Shown here: positions 39,101 through 51,900 of the stretch, piece after piece | Numbering within the stretch: position 1 is the stretch's first letter | Layout of the letters: every line of letters starts with the position of its first letter | Assembly: GCA_026770705.1 (NCBI GenBank) | Contig: JANJGN010000010.1 | Span: forward strand, 56,792,001 to 56,856,000 | Source of the DNA: Isurus oxyrinchus | Taxonomy: Eukaryota | Length of the DNA stretch: 64,000 nt | Reading direction: 5' to 3' | Made by a program: the position numbers and the translations under genes | The notes under the pieces: generated by a model | Told to the model about the DNA's origin: nothing | Databases searched by the model: none | The model's input: the letters and a program-made list of their open reading frames with translations, nothing else

Positions 39101-40515
39101 AAAATGTGGCATCTAGCAGAGTGATTGCAGTCACTTATTGTGTTGTGGTTGACTTAACTCCTTACCCTATGATTGCCTATATTGTGCATCTGCATGCATA
39201 TGTACCTACTTATGTGAACTATGTGGCAAATCAATAACATTTCTATTAAGTTGGTTAGTTGCAATGACAGAGTAATACATAAAATATATTTAAAATCAAG
39301 ATCTGTTATTTTAAATTATTCTGTACATTCTATGTGTGTGTGTGTGTTTATGTGTATAGACAGCGATGGCATCTAAAGTATACCTATATGAACTATTCAA
39401 CAATTGCCAGCAATTTTTTTAATGTTCTGTCGTTCAGGATTCACTTAATTTATATGCTTCCATATATTCTTTTACACATTCCTTTCCCTGCTTTAATTTT
39501 GATTTATTTAATATTTTAGTCCGTAATTATACTGATTTTGAATTAATATAATTATCAATTTTTCAAAAATACTTGAGTTCTTTCTTATTTTATATATTTT
39601 TAAAAATGTGTTGCAGTATTATGTACTGTATTTCTCGGAGGTTGGAAATGTCAGTTGCTGAACTGCAAACTCAGCTTGGATCTGATGGTTATTCTCTTAA
39701 CACTAAGTCTGCACAACTGCCATTACGAATAGAAAGAAGTTCTGGCTCCTGGAAATTTCCTGTCTTCCCTTTCCCCCTTCCCTCTTAATTACTTTTGAGT
39801 TTTTGCTCCTTCTCTATTTGTCTGATCAAGTCGCATCTTGTAGCCTGTTAGATATGCTTTTAAAGTTTGTTACATTTTGTTTTGTTGGATTGGGTGCTAA
39901 AAAGTTCTCTCATCATAACTTCCAAAATGTAAGGAATTAAAAAATAAATAGCTTCCTCCAGTTTTCTCTCCTTGCCACAAAGTGCAAAGTCCTTGCAATG
40001 ATGCTCGAAGCCATTCTTCAACTCAAGCCTTGCCAGTGAGTGTTAGCAGGCTATTTAACCATACCCTAATAACCAAGCCCCATTGATGCTGGCAGGCCTC
40101 TTGAATGTTGCCTGAATGGCAATTCTTCTTGTGTGAACCTGTGCAGTGAGTGGTCGCCGGTCAGATAAATCATTGCAACCATATATAATCCTGTTCTGAC
40201 CTGATCCTCCCACATGTGCACTTTCCATCATAAGTCATTGAATGAGATTTCTGGCTGACTTTTCTCTGTCTAGTTTGGGATGCTGTGGTCAATTGTAAAG
40301 TCCTAAGTTGTGCCCTAACTGTGAGCACTTAGCTCAGGTTAGGGGTGAAAACTGGGATCTTCTATGAGCATTTTTAGCTTCTCCAGATTACGGCTGGCTA
40401 ATGGTCCAGGACTTTCGTAGGGAATCTTGTAGTTGATGCCCATGGTGAAGGCAGTGTAAGTAATGAAGACTGAGTTTGCTGTGATTAATCTATTATCTCT
40501 GGTGTTGGATTACAG

Positions 40516-40539
40516 AACATCATGAACATCACGAGGGAG
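40516..40539 (+). CDS. tnnt3: 24-nt His-rich microexon, unit 7: EHHEHHEG
   Basis: ggattacAG|AACATCATGAACATCACGAGGGAG|GTAATG. Confidence 0.75.
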
Positions 40540-43500
40540 GTAATGATGATGTTTCCAAGCTTCTCTATGTTTTGCCCACTGCCATCTTTTTCTTATATAA
40601 GTTAACGCTACAATACAATTCCAGCACTCTTAATGTTGTAATATCATGAAGGGCAAGCACCTCTTTTTTTTCTGAGCTATGGCTACCAACTTCCATCAGT
40701 ATCTTTGTATCTTGCCCAAGCAGCTTTCTTCATGTGTGAGCCTAGGCAGGATATGTTGACAGATTATTTGACTTTGGAGAGCATCACAGCAGAACCTAAA
40801 CTTGTCTTCACCTATCATCTACACATGGAGTAACAGCAGACTTTATTGATAGGGATCACAAGTGGGAAGCAATGGTTGACATTTTATCTGTGCCTAGCTC
40901 AAAGCTATTGGGAACAGCTGTAATGCTCCCTGTCTGAGGCTTGACTGATTGAGCAAGAGTCAGACATTCAGCCTGGGGCTTTCCAGTAACACCTAATTTA
41001 CCAACTGTGTTTCCTCCCTCTTTTTTTAGTCGTCTTTTAACATACACCATCACAGAAAATTTTCTTTCAGTTTTTATATAATTTCCCCTTACCCTGCTTA
41101 GTTCATTGGGGAGAATGGAACTGTGGAACTCATTGGCCACATCACCGAGGATACAAACCCATCTCTTTACCAAATTATGACATATACATACGACTGCTAA
41201 ATGACAACTGCAATGGAACTCTCTTGAAATCAAATCTTAATTGCCTGTTGAAAAAATGGATCTTTTTGCAGGTGTTATGTTTTCACTGTGTACAAAAAAA
41301 GGGACCAAACAAATCTGCATAATGCTGTGCCAATTTTTAAATTAAATCACAGCATGATTTGTGCTGAGGGCTATTTAATACCTGCATTCACCTAAACATA
41401 AGCAAAAGTAATAGTTAACCTTTGAAATAGACTATTGTATAAATTTAATTACATTGTGATTTGACTAACAAAGGAACGTCAAATTCTGATATATGCAATA
41501 GGTTGGCAGACAATTAGATAATAGAGTAACCCCATCCATCTTAATTTCAAGAAGGAATGTTTATATTGGTTTCCTGCTACAAACTTAGATTGGGTGTGTT
41601 TAGGATGTCACCAGAACAAAGAGATTGCTTGTAAAAGTGCAGTGTCAGAACAAATTTGACTTAAGTACCAAAATATTTATAGAAGGTATTTGCATATATT
41701 AAGGTCTCAACATTGATTTGAATTTGGAAATATAAATAAAAATATAATTGTAAGTGAGTGCTGGGTGAATTTGTAGCTCTAAGGTTTTAATTATAACCAG
41801 GTTTTGATGTGTTGGAATTGATCTTGATTGTGTTATTTCACAGTGAATGGAAATGCTTTCGAACTGTTAGAAAAGTTTGATCTTGAGCATGGTTGGACTT
41901 TTTCATAAGGTCAACTTGTCAAAAGCGATTTTAAGTGAATTCCATTGTAACTATAATTGTTCACAAATTCACAATCCTAATTCTTAAAAATCTGTTAATC
42001 CTACAATCTTCAGATTTTCAAAATCCATTTTGACATTTAGTAGTCACTACTTCCTCATTCATTCAACACTTTCTACTATTCTTTTCAACCCTGGTAGTGT
42101 CATTCAATGTGGACTTTTACCATTCACACTGTTTTCCCAATTCAAAGGCAATGAAGGTAAAAGTTCTACTGTAACCCAACCAAGAATGGTGTAGATTATG
42201 CCTGCTGCCTTGGGCCATATGCCAATCAAATATTATATATTATATAATTTCATGATACATCAGTAAATAGATTTCTTTTAGAAGAATTTCTGCAATAAAA
42301 GCTTCAATATTAAGCTTAATATCAATGAACAGGAAAATGGTTCTGCATTTAAAAAAATTTCCATTTAGGGTGAGTTAGCATTCAGCTCACCCTAAATGTC
42401 CTGAAATGTCAGGAATTTAAGGGTGTTGGAATGATACTTGTGATTTTTTTTTGTTTGGATTCACGTGTAACAAAGTTGTCCTTTATTTCAGCAATTAGAT
42501 GGTATTTGTGCATCCTGAAGTGAATTGCAGTGAAAGTTTTGTTAATGGTGCCAGGATGTGGTGTTTTGCTCTTGTGCAGATTTTTCTTTAATTATACACT
42601 GGTTTCTCCTGATATAACTTTTATAACATATTTATGTCAATAGTGTTCCTTTTCTGCTTTTCCACCTGTGGCTTTCTATTCCATGCACTGCTGCTTTTCT
42701 GCTTGCTACACGCTAACACCATTTTCAGAAAAGATTGTCCAAGAGACGGTTGATTTTGTCCTGGATTATCATTTCTCAATTCTTTCCCACCACCAATGTT
42801 AATCTGAATGACCTGTAGTTGCTGGGTTTATCCTTACCCAGGGATAAGGGTGTAGCATTGCAATTCTCCAGTCCTCTAGCATTAATCTTGTACGTATGCA
42901 TGATTGGAAAATTATGGCTTTTACCGCCACAATTTACATCCATACTTCGCTTAGCATCATTGTATACATCCCATCTGGTCAAGATGAATTATCAACTTTA
43001 AGTACAGTCAGCCTTTATAATACCTCCTCTTTATAATTTTTAGCCTATTCAGTATCTTAGCCACCTCCTTTTTCAGTGGCCTCTTTCTCATTATCACCCA
43101 TTTTGGCAAATTAAACTCAACCCTAAACTTTATTTCTGACGAGGCTCGCAAAAGAGGAGGTAGTTGATCACTGAATGGGCTAAAAATTGAAAAAGACAAG
43201 TTATTAGAAAGGCTGTCTGTACTTAAGCTAAAGTTTATTTTAAATTATTATAATGATAACAAAAATAATGGCAGATGGTATTGCAAGAATACAGAGAAAT
43301 GGTTTTATATTATTTGCAATTGAATCACAACTTTAGTTTTTACAAACATGCTAATTCTTAAAAAAAGCCTAAGTTTTAATGAAGTAAAATGGAAAAGCGG
43401 GCAGGCTGTATAATGGTCGGCTGATTCAACCTCGCTGGTATTACACCCTGCCATTGTTGAATGTTCTGGCGTATTCCTAATATCAGTTGACCGCTGTGTT

Positions 43501-44935
43501 GTCAGTCAAAATGTGGCATCCAGCAGAGTGATTGCAGTCACTTATTGTGTCGTGGTTGATTGAACTTCTTACCTTATGATTGCCCATATTATGCATTTGT
43601 ATGCATATGTAACTTACTTATGTGAACTATGTGGCAAATCAATAACATTTCTATTAAGTTGATTAGTTGCAATGACAGAGTAATACATAAAATATATTTA
43701 AAATAAAGATCTATTATTTTGTTATTCTGTACATTCTATGTGTATGTGTGTGTGTGTGTGTGTGTGTTTATGTGTATAGACAGCGATGGCATCTAAAGTA
43801 TACCTATATGAACTATTCAACAATTGCCAGCAATTTTTTTAATGTTCTGTCGTTCAGAATTCACTTAATTAATACGCCTCCATATACTCTTTTACATATT
43901 ACTTTCCCTGCTTTAATGTTGATTTATTTAATATTTTAGTCCCTAATTATACTGATTTTGAATTAATATAATTATCAATTTTTCAAAAATACTTGAGTTC
44001 TTTCTTATTTTATATATTTTTAAAAATGTATTGCAGTATTATGTACAGTATTTCTCGGAGGTTGGAAGTGTCAGTTGCTGAACTGCAAACTCAGCTTGGA
44101 TCTGATGGTTATTCTCTTAACACTAAGTCTGCACAGCTGCCATTCTGAATAGAGAGAAGTTCTGGCTCATGGAAATTTCCTGTCTTCCCTTTCCACCTAC
44201 TCTCTTCATTACTTTCTGAGTTTTTGCTCCTTCTGTATTTTGTCTGATCAAGTTGCATCGTGTAGCTTGTTAGATATGCTTTTAAACTCTGTTACATATT
44301 GTTTTGCTGGATTGGGTGCTAAAGAGTTCTCTCATCATAACTTCCAAAATGTAAGGATTTAAAAAAAAAAGCTTCCTCCAGTTTTTTCTCCTTGCCACAA
44401 AGTGCAAAGTCCTTGCAATGATGCTTGAAGCCATTCTTCAACTCAAGACTTGCCAGTGAGTGTTAGCAGGCTATTTAACCATACCCTAATAACCAAGCCC
44501 CATGGATGCTGGCAGGCCTCTTGAATGTTGCCTGTGTGGCCATTCTACTTGTGTGAACCTGGGCAGTGAGTGTCGGCCGGTCAGATAAATCATTGCAACC
44601 ATATATAATCCTGTTCTGACCTGATCCTCCCACATGTGCACTTTCCATCAGAAGTCATTGAATGGGATTTCTGGCTGACTTTTCTCTGTCTAGTTTAGGA
44701 TGCTGTGGTCAATTGTAATGTCCTAAGTTGTGCCCTAGCTGGGAGCACTTAGCTCAGGTTAGGGGTGAAAACTGGGATCTTTTATGAGCATTTTTAGCTT
44801 CTCCAGATTACGGCTGGCTAATGGTCCAGGACTTTTGTGGGGAATCTTGTAGTTGATGCCCATGGTGAAGGCAGTGTAAGTAATGAAGACTGAGTTTGCT
44901 GTGATTAATCTATTATCTCTGGTGTTGGATTACAG

Positions 44936-44959
44936 AACATCATGAACATCACGAGGGAG
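44936..44959 (+). CDS. tnnt3: 24-nt His-rich microexon, unit 8: EHHEHHEG
   Basis: ggattacAG|AACATCATGAACATCACGAGGGAG|GTAATG. Confidence 0.75.
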
Positions 44960-47155
44960 GTAATGATGATGATTCCCAATTTCTCTTTGTTTTGCCCACT
45001 ACTATCTTTTACTTATATAAGTTAATGCTACAATACAATTCCAGCACTCTTAATGTCATGAAGGGCAAGCACTTCAGTATTTTTTATGAGCTATGGCTAC
45101 CAAGTTCTATCTGTGTCTTTGTATCTTGGCCAAGCAGCTTTCTTCATATGTGAGCCTAGGCAGGGTATGTTGACAGATTATTTGACTTTGGAGAGCAGCA
45201 CAGCAGAACATAATCTTGCCTTCACCTATCATCTACACATGGACTAACAGCAGACTTCATTGACACGGATCACAAGTGGGAAGCAATGGTTGACATTTTT
45301 CCTGTGCCTAGCTCAAAGCTATTGGGAACAGCTGTAATGCTTCCTATCTGAGGCTTGACTGAGCAAGGGCCAGATATTCAGCCTGGGGCCTTCCAGTAAC
45401 ACCTAATTTACCCACTGTGTTTCTTCCCTCTTTTTTTAGTCACCTATCATACACCATCACAGAAAATTTTCTTTCAGTTTTTCTATAATTTCCCCTTACC
45501 CTGCTTAGTTCATTGGGGAGAATGGAACTGTGGAACTCATTGGGCACATCTCCGAGGGTACAGACCCATCCCTTTACCAGATTATGACATAAACATATGA
45601 CTGCTAAATGACAACTGCAATGGAACTCACTTGAAATCAAATCTTAATTGCCTGTTGCCTATTGAAAAAGTGGATCTTGTTGCAGGTGTTATGTTTTCAC
45701 TGTGTACAAAAAAAGACCAAACAAATCTGCATAATGCTGTGCCATCTTTTAAATCAAATCACAGCATGACTAGTGCTGAGGGCTATTAAGTATCTAACAC
45801 CTGCATTCACCTAAACATAAGCCAAAGTAATAGATAACCTTTAAAATAGGCTATTGTATCAATTTATTTACTTCGTGACTCAACTAATAAAGGAAAGTCA
45901 AATTCTGATATATGCAATTGGTTAGCAGTCAATTAGATAATAGGTTAACCCCTTCCACATTAATTTCAAGAAGAAATGTTTATATTGGTTTCCTGCTACA
46001 AACTTAGATTGTGTGTTTAGGATGTCACCAGAACAAAGAGATTGGTTGTAAAAGTGCAGTGTCAGAACAAATTAGACTTAAGTACCAAAATACTTATAGA
46101 AGGTATTTGCATATATCATGGTTTCAGCATTGGTTTGAATTTGGAAATATAAATAAAAATATAATTGTAAGTGAGTGCTGGATGAATTTGTAGCTCTAAG
46201 GTTTTAATGGTAACCAGGTTTTAATGTTTTGGAATTGATCTTGATTGTGTTGTTTCACAGTGAATGGAAATGCTCTCGAACTGTTAGAAAAGTTTGATCT
46301 TGAGCATGGTTGGACTTTATCGTAAGTGCAACTTGTCAAAAACGATTTTAAGTGAATTCCATTGTAACTATAATTGTTCACAAATTCACAACGCTAATTC
46401 TTAAAAATCTGTTAATCCTACAATCTTCTGATTTTCAATACCCACGTTGACATTTAGTAGGCACTACTTCCTCATTCATTCAACATTTTCTACTATCCTT
46501 TTCAACCCTGGTAGTGTCATTCAAGGTGGACTTTTACCATTCACACTGTTTTCCCAATTCAAAGGCAATGAAGGTAAAAGTTCTACTGTAACCCAACCAA
46601 GAATGGTGTAGATTACTCCTGCTGCCTTGGGCTATATGTCAATCAAATATTATATATTATATCATTTCATGATACATCAGTAAATAGATTTCTTTTAGAA
46701 GAATTTCTGCAATAAAAGCTTCAGTATTAAGCTTAATATCAATGAACAGGAAAATGGTTCTGCATTTTAAAAAATTTCCATTTAGGGCGAGTTGATTGCC
46801 TTTAACATTCAACTCACCCTAAATGTCCTGAAATGTCAGGAATTTAAGGGTGTTGGAATGATAGTTGTGATTTTTTTTTGTTTGCGTTCATGTGTAACAA
46901 AGTTATCCTTTATTTCATCAATTAGATGGTATTTGTGCATGCTGAAGTGAATTGCAGTGAAAGTTGTGTTAGTGGTGTCAGGGTGTGGTGTTTTGCTCTT
47001 GTGCAGATTTTTCTTTAATTATACACTGGTTTCTCCTGATATAACTTTTATACCATATTTATGTCAATATTGTTCCTTTTCTGCTTTTCCACCTCTGGCT
47101 TTCTATTCCATGCACTGCTGCTTTTCTGCTTGCTACACGCTAACAACATCTTCAG

Positions 47156-47173
47156 AAGAGTTTGCTGAGGAAG
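47156..47173 (+). CDS. tnnt3: 18-nt cassette exon EEFAEE
   Basis: gCTAACaacatcttcAG|AAGAGTTTGCTGAGGAAG|GTATGT; phase 1-1. Confidence 0.85.
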
Positions 47174-47654
47174 GTATGTAGTGCACTCTAACTTTACCCT
47201 TTTCTTAATTCATCTAATTTTCTCATCATTCCTTTTACATTTCCTTCATTTTGATATTCTCTCCTCCTTAGTTCGTATTTTCGGCATTTCTCTTTCTTTT
47301 TCTTTTTTCTCTTTTTTCTTCTTTCCATTGGATTGCTATTCCCTCATTATTTTCTTCATTCTACCATTTTTTACCTTTATTTTCATCTCATTTACCTTTT
47401 GCCTTTCTATATTTTCCTCTTTTATTGTTTTTCCTTGTTTTTTTCCCTCCTTCATTTTCTTATTTTTCTTTTCCTTCATTCTATAATTCTGTATGCTCCT
47501 TTATCCTCAATAGTCTGTATCTTCCTTTATTCTCAATGTTGTGTATCCTCCATTCTCCTAATAATTACATAGCCTCTGTTTTCCCAGTTATAATTGTGTA
47601 TCCTTCATTATCTCTATCAATTGTGTATCTTGGAGTATTCCAATTATTACAATT

Positions 47655-47830
47655 CCTTTGTTATCCCAATAATTCTGTATTTTACATTATCCCCAATAAT
47701 TGTATATCCTACACTATCCCCAATAATCTTGAATTCTACATTATCCCCAATAAATATGTATTCTTCATTATCGCCAATAACCTTGTATCCTTCGTTATCC
47801 TTAATAATCCTGTTCATTATCCCTAATCAT
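47655..47830. repeat. Degenerate 27-bp minisatellite
   Basis: Units such as attatccccaataattgtatatcctac, actatccccaataatcttgaattctac, attatccccaataaatatgtattcttc and attatcgccaataaccttgtatccttc. Confidence 0.75.
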
Positions 47831-48091
47831 CCTACATCCCTCATGCCCAATTATTGTGCATCCTTTGATATTCCAATGCTTTAATTGTTTTGGGACTAGG
47901 CAGTCTTTGAACTGTTTAAGTTAGTGATGCAGGAAAGGTGCTCCTTTTGCTTTCTGGTTAATGATTTGTTGGTTCATTTTAGTTTTGTCCTGTGTCTGCC
48001 ATGTTCTTATCTATTGTTGTCAATGCTCAGTATTAACATGATTTTGCTTCTTTGTATTTGCCACTCACTGCATGTACCTGGCATCTCCCAG

Positions 48092-48109
48092 AAGCGTACA
48101 GTGAAGAAG
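48092..48109 (+). CDS. tnnt3: 18-nt cassette exon EAYSEE
   Basis: catctcccAG|AAGCGTACAGTGAAGAAG|GTATGT; phase 1-1. Confidence 0.8.
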
Positions 48110-48743
48110 GTATGTTGCTTTCTTTTATTCCAAGTCTCCTTTTCAGGAAACATTTTAGACCAGTTGTATTTTGAAACTGTCAGATTCCGTGACAATGGGG
48201 ATAATTTTAACCCACCCTCCCTGGTGAGCACAGTTAAAATAGCTGTACAAAGACTTGCCACTCTGTTCCTGCTCAACTCCCGCTTAGTATCAACTTAACT
48301 AACTTAAAGGTTAAACTTAACCTTTTTTGGTGTCAGAGGTGCCTGCCTGATTCATGTTGGGACTTCATTAGTATCATTAGTGATACTTCTGACATTATTT
48401 GGACTCAAATGGTATCTTAATAGCTTATTGGGTGGGGTACTCATTGTGAACTTCCTGTTCATTAAAACCTGGTAGGAACGAGGAGGAAGAGGTACTCTAA
48501 TTCAAATAAAAATCTTTTCTTAATGGGGTCATCTGGTGGAGAAGGGCTGGGCACAGATTCAAGAGATAATCAAGAGGATGAATTAAAATGGAGAGGAGAA
48601 TTTACTGCTGTCGACAAATATTTTCCTACAGAATGTAATCCAAATTTACATTGCCATCTTTTTGCCATTTTGCTGAAACAAAATGGAGGGGGTTGTGGTA
48701 GTGGAATGGAAATTCATAAATCACAACTGGAGTTCTGATGTTG

Positions 48744-51700
48744 CATAGCAACATAGAAACTGGAGCAGTCCCTTTTAGCCCCTTGAGCCTGTTCTGTAAT
48801 TCAGTAAGATCATGGGTGATCTGCAGCCTAACTCCATGTACCCATCTTTACCCCATGGCCCTTGATACATTTGGCTAATAAAACTATAAATCTCATTTTT
48901 AAAATAGCAATTGATCTAGTATCAATCGCCCTCCATGGTCGGGAGTTCCAAACTTCTACCATTCTTTGTGTGAAGAAGTGTTTCCTAATTTCACTCCTGG
49001 AAAGGTCTGGTTCTAATTTTTAGACTGTGTCAGCCTTTTAATAAACTCCCCAAGTAGCAAAAATAGTTTCTCCTAATATATCCGTCCTGTCCTCCATACC
49101 ATCTTGAAAACTTCGGTCAAAGCACCCTTCACCTTCTAAATTCCAGGGGATACAATAGTAGTTTGCATAATCTCTCCTTGTGATTTAACCCTTGCAGTCC
49201 AGTTATCACTCTCTCCTTGTGATTTAACCCTTGCAGTCCAGTTATCACTCTGGTGAATTTGCACTGTGTTCCTTCTGAGGCCAATATCTCCATGTGGTAC
49301 CCAGAAATGCTCACAGTACTCCATGTTAATTTCAATTAGTGCTTATTGTAGAAGAATGAGTCAAAGCTGGTCTTTTACTTCAAGCGGACTTTATTCTTAA
49401 AACAGCTCTGCAGAGTAGCAGAATCTCCCAATCCTTTCCACCCCTGAGTGTTGTAGTTGTACACTTTTATAGGTGAGCCTATGGCCATCATCTGTTCTAA
49501 CAATGTAATTGCTATACAATGTAATTGCTAGTCAACAAGAAGATTGTTACTGGACCTTGACAATGGAATTACTGATGCATTGACACTCCAGGTGTGGTCG
49601 AACCAGAGCTTTGTAGAGCAAAGCACAATTTCTTCTCCCAGGTAGCCTGTTCCGCTAGATATAAAAGCCAGTATTCTGCTAGATTTTTTGATTACTTTCT
49701 TTGTCTGTTCATGACATTTAATGATCTGGCATCTGGACACCCAGGTCTCTTTGCCCCTCCACTGTTTCCAACTTTTCACCATTTAGAAAGTACCCGTTTT
49801 ATTCCTTTTAAGTCCAAAGTGGATGACCTCTCATTTGCTTATATTGAAATCCATTTGTCGCTGTTTTGCCCATTTACCTAATCTATTATTATCTTATAAT
49901 TTCACACTACAACCCACACTGGATACAATTTGGTCTATCTTTGAATCATTGGCAAATTTGGCTATGCCTTCCATCCCATCATCTAAGTTTTTAATGAATA
50001 GAATGAACAGTTGAGGCCACGACACATCCTTGCAGGATACCATTTATCACATCCTGGCAATTAAACCACCAGCCCATTATCCCTACTCTTTCCGCTCAAG
50101 TAATTTCCTAGCCAGGCCAGTAATTTGCCCTCAATTCTATGGCCCAGCTCGCCGACACGTAAACTTACATGTGGTGACATCGGGCGGGCGTCCCGACATC
50201 ACTGCGCGTCATTTAGGTTTTCAGTTCGGCAGGCACACGGTCAGGCAAAGAGCCCAGCCGGCCTTCGCATTTTTCATTGAACCTCATCCACAGGCGGGAT
50301 GGGGTTTCATGAAGTGTTTAAAAATTTTCAAAAAAATTCATTGACATGTCCCAGCTCATGTGACACTATCACATGACAGGACATGTTTTAAAAGTTTTTC
50401 ATTTCTTTATTTAGATCTTTAAAACTTAAACAAATCTCCCTGAGCCCGCCCACGTAAAATGGTAGTGCAGTCCTGATTGGGGGGCGCCGATTGGATTTGC
50501 GCCTGCCCCCGCACAACACCACCACCCCCCCCCCCCTCCCCACACCCCCCACCCCCGACAGGGATAAATTTCTGCCCCGTGAGCTTAAAGTCACTTATGA
50601 CAGACTTTATCAAATGCCTCCTGTAAGTCCCTATAAATAACATCGATAAACATCTTGTTGAGCACTTTAGTCACCTCTTCAAAAAATGTAATGTGATTCG
50701 TCAGGCAAGATCTACCCTTTACAAATCCATGCTGACTTTCTGACAGCTGGAAATTTTCAAGGTATTCAGTCATTCTATCCTTAATTATGGACTCTAGCAA
50801 TTTCCCAACAATCGATATTAGGTTAACTGGCCTATAATTTCCTGGTTTGCCATCTCACCTTTCTTAAATAATGGAGTGACATATGCAATTTTCCAACCTA
50901 AAGGAGAAATTTGGAAGATTATAGTTAGGGCACCTACAGTGTTCTTATCTACCCTCTTTAAAACCTTGGGATGGAAACTGTCTGGCCCTGGAGATTTGTC
51001 ACTCTTTAATGTCATTAATTTCTCCATTACTGTTATGTTGTTTCTGCTCAATTTGTTCAGTTCCTGTCCCTGATTCAATGGTTTACTTTGGATATCTGAT
51101 ATGCTGACTGCTTCCTCTAGTCTAAATACTAATACAAATCAATTATTCAGCATGCTAGATATTTCCTTATTACCATTGACAGCATCACCATTATCAGTCT
51201 TCAAAGGCCTGACATTGCTTCTGACCACTTTTTTTTCCAAATGTAAGTTTTTTTGTGTTGATTTTGATATCCCTTACCAGTTTATTTTTGTCCACCCTTT
51301 TTGTAGCTCTTACCAGCTGCTTTGTCATCCTTTGTTGCTCTTTGTATCTTTGCCATCTGCTAGGATTTGTGCTTTGTATGCTCTTTTAATTTTATGTTGA
51401 TTCTTACCTCTTTCATTGTCTGTGGCTGTCTACTTTGGCAAGTAGAACTCTTGTCCTTTGTGGGTATAGATTGGTCTATATCATGTTAAATTCATATTTT
51501 GAACACCACCACCAACCTTCTGCTTAATCCATTAGCAGATTTTCCTAGTTTTCTGTGGACCGTCTCTGTCTGATCGCTTTGAAGTCAGCCTTGCTTAAAT
51601 CTAGAACTTAATAGCTGCTTCATGTTTCTCCCTTCTAAACACCATGTTGAACTCAATCATGTTAGATAAATGTTTATGCATCCGTTAAGGTGTTTAACTA

Positions 51701-51900
51701 AACCTGTCTCATTACTAAATCTAATTTGCTCCCTTGATTGGTTCTAAGACATATTTTGCAGAAAACCTTCCCGACACACCCAAGAAATTCATCACCTTTC
51801 TGACATGCCTACCTATCCTAATCTTTTGAAGTTTAAAATCCCTAAATAAAACCACTCTACCTTTATTACATACTTATCTATTCTCAGTATTCATACAAGC
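48744..51900 (-). mobile_element. Long decayed CR1-type LINE with nested insertions (boundaries approximate)
   Basis: Minus-strand remnants MEYCEHFWVPH, SQHGFVKGRSCLTN...IYRDLQEAFDKVCH and KSPGPDSFHPKVLK...WKIAYVTPLFKKG are CR1 ORF2 RT motifs. Internal 39-bp tandem duplication at 49171-49248. Confidence 0.85.
50137..50578. mobile_element. GC-rich insertion interrupting the CR1, probably a non-autonomous DNA transposon remnant
   Basis: Abrupt CpG-rich block ending in ataaatttctgcccc, after which CR1 homology resumes. The left terminal repeat is not clearly visible. Confidence 0.4.

Larger units (their letters stand above)
10453..47161 (+). repeat. Eight-copy ~4.4-kb tandem array within tnnt3
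   Basis: Units start at t(t/a)gtccaa at 10453, 14823, 19098, 23516, 27924, 33929, 38327 and 42735. Lengths are 4370, 4275, 4418, 4408, 6005 (with insertion), 4398, 4408 and ~4427 bp, and the same spurious ORFs recur in each unit. Confidence 0.97.

Noticed and set aside
10453-47161. CRISPR-like or prokaryotic interpretation of the repeats
   Set aside because: The units are multi-kb segmental copies in spliceosomal-intron DNA with LINEs; there is no repeat-spacer structure and no cas genes.
49347-49562. Possible solo LTR (TG...CA) nested in the CR1
   Set aside because: No matching target-site duplication could be identified.
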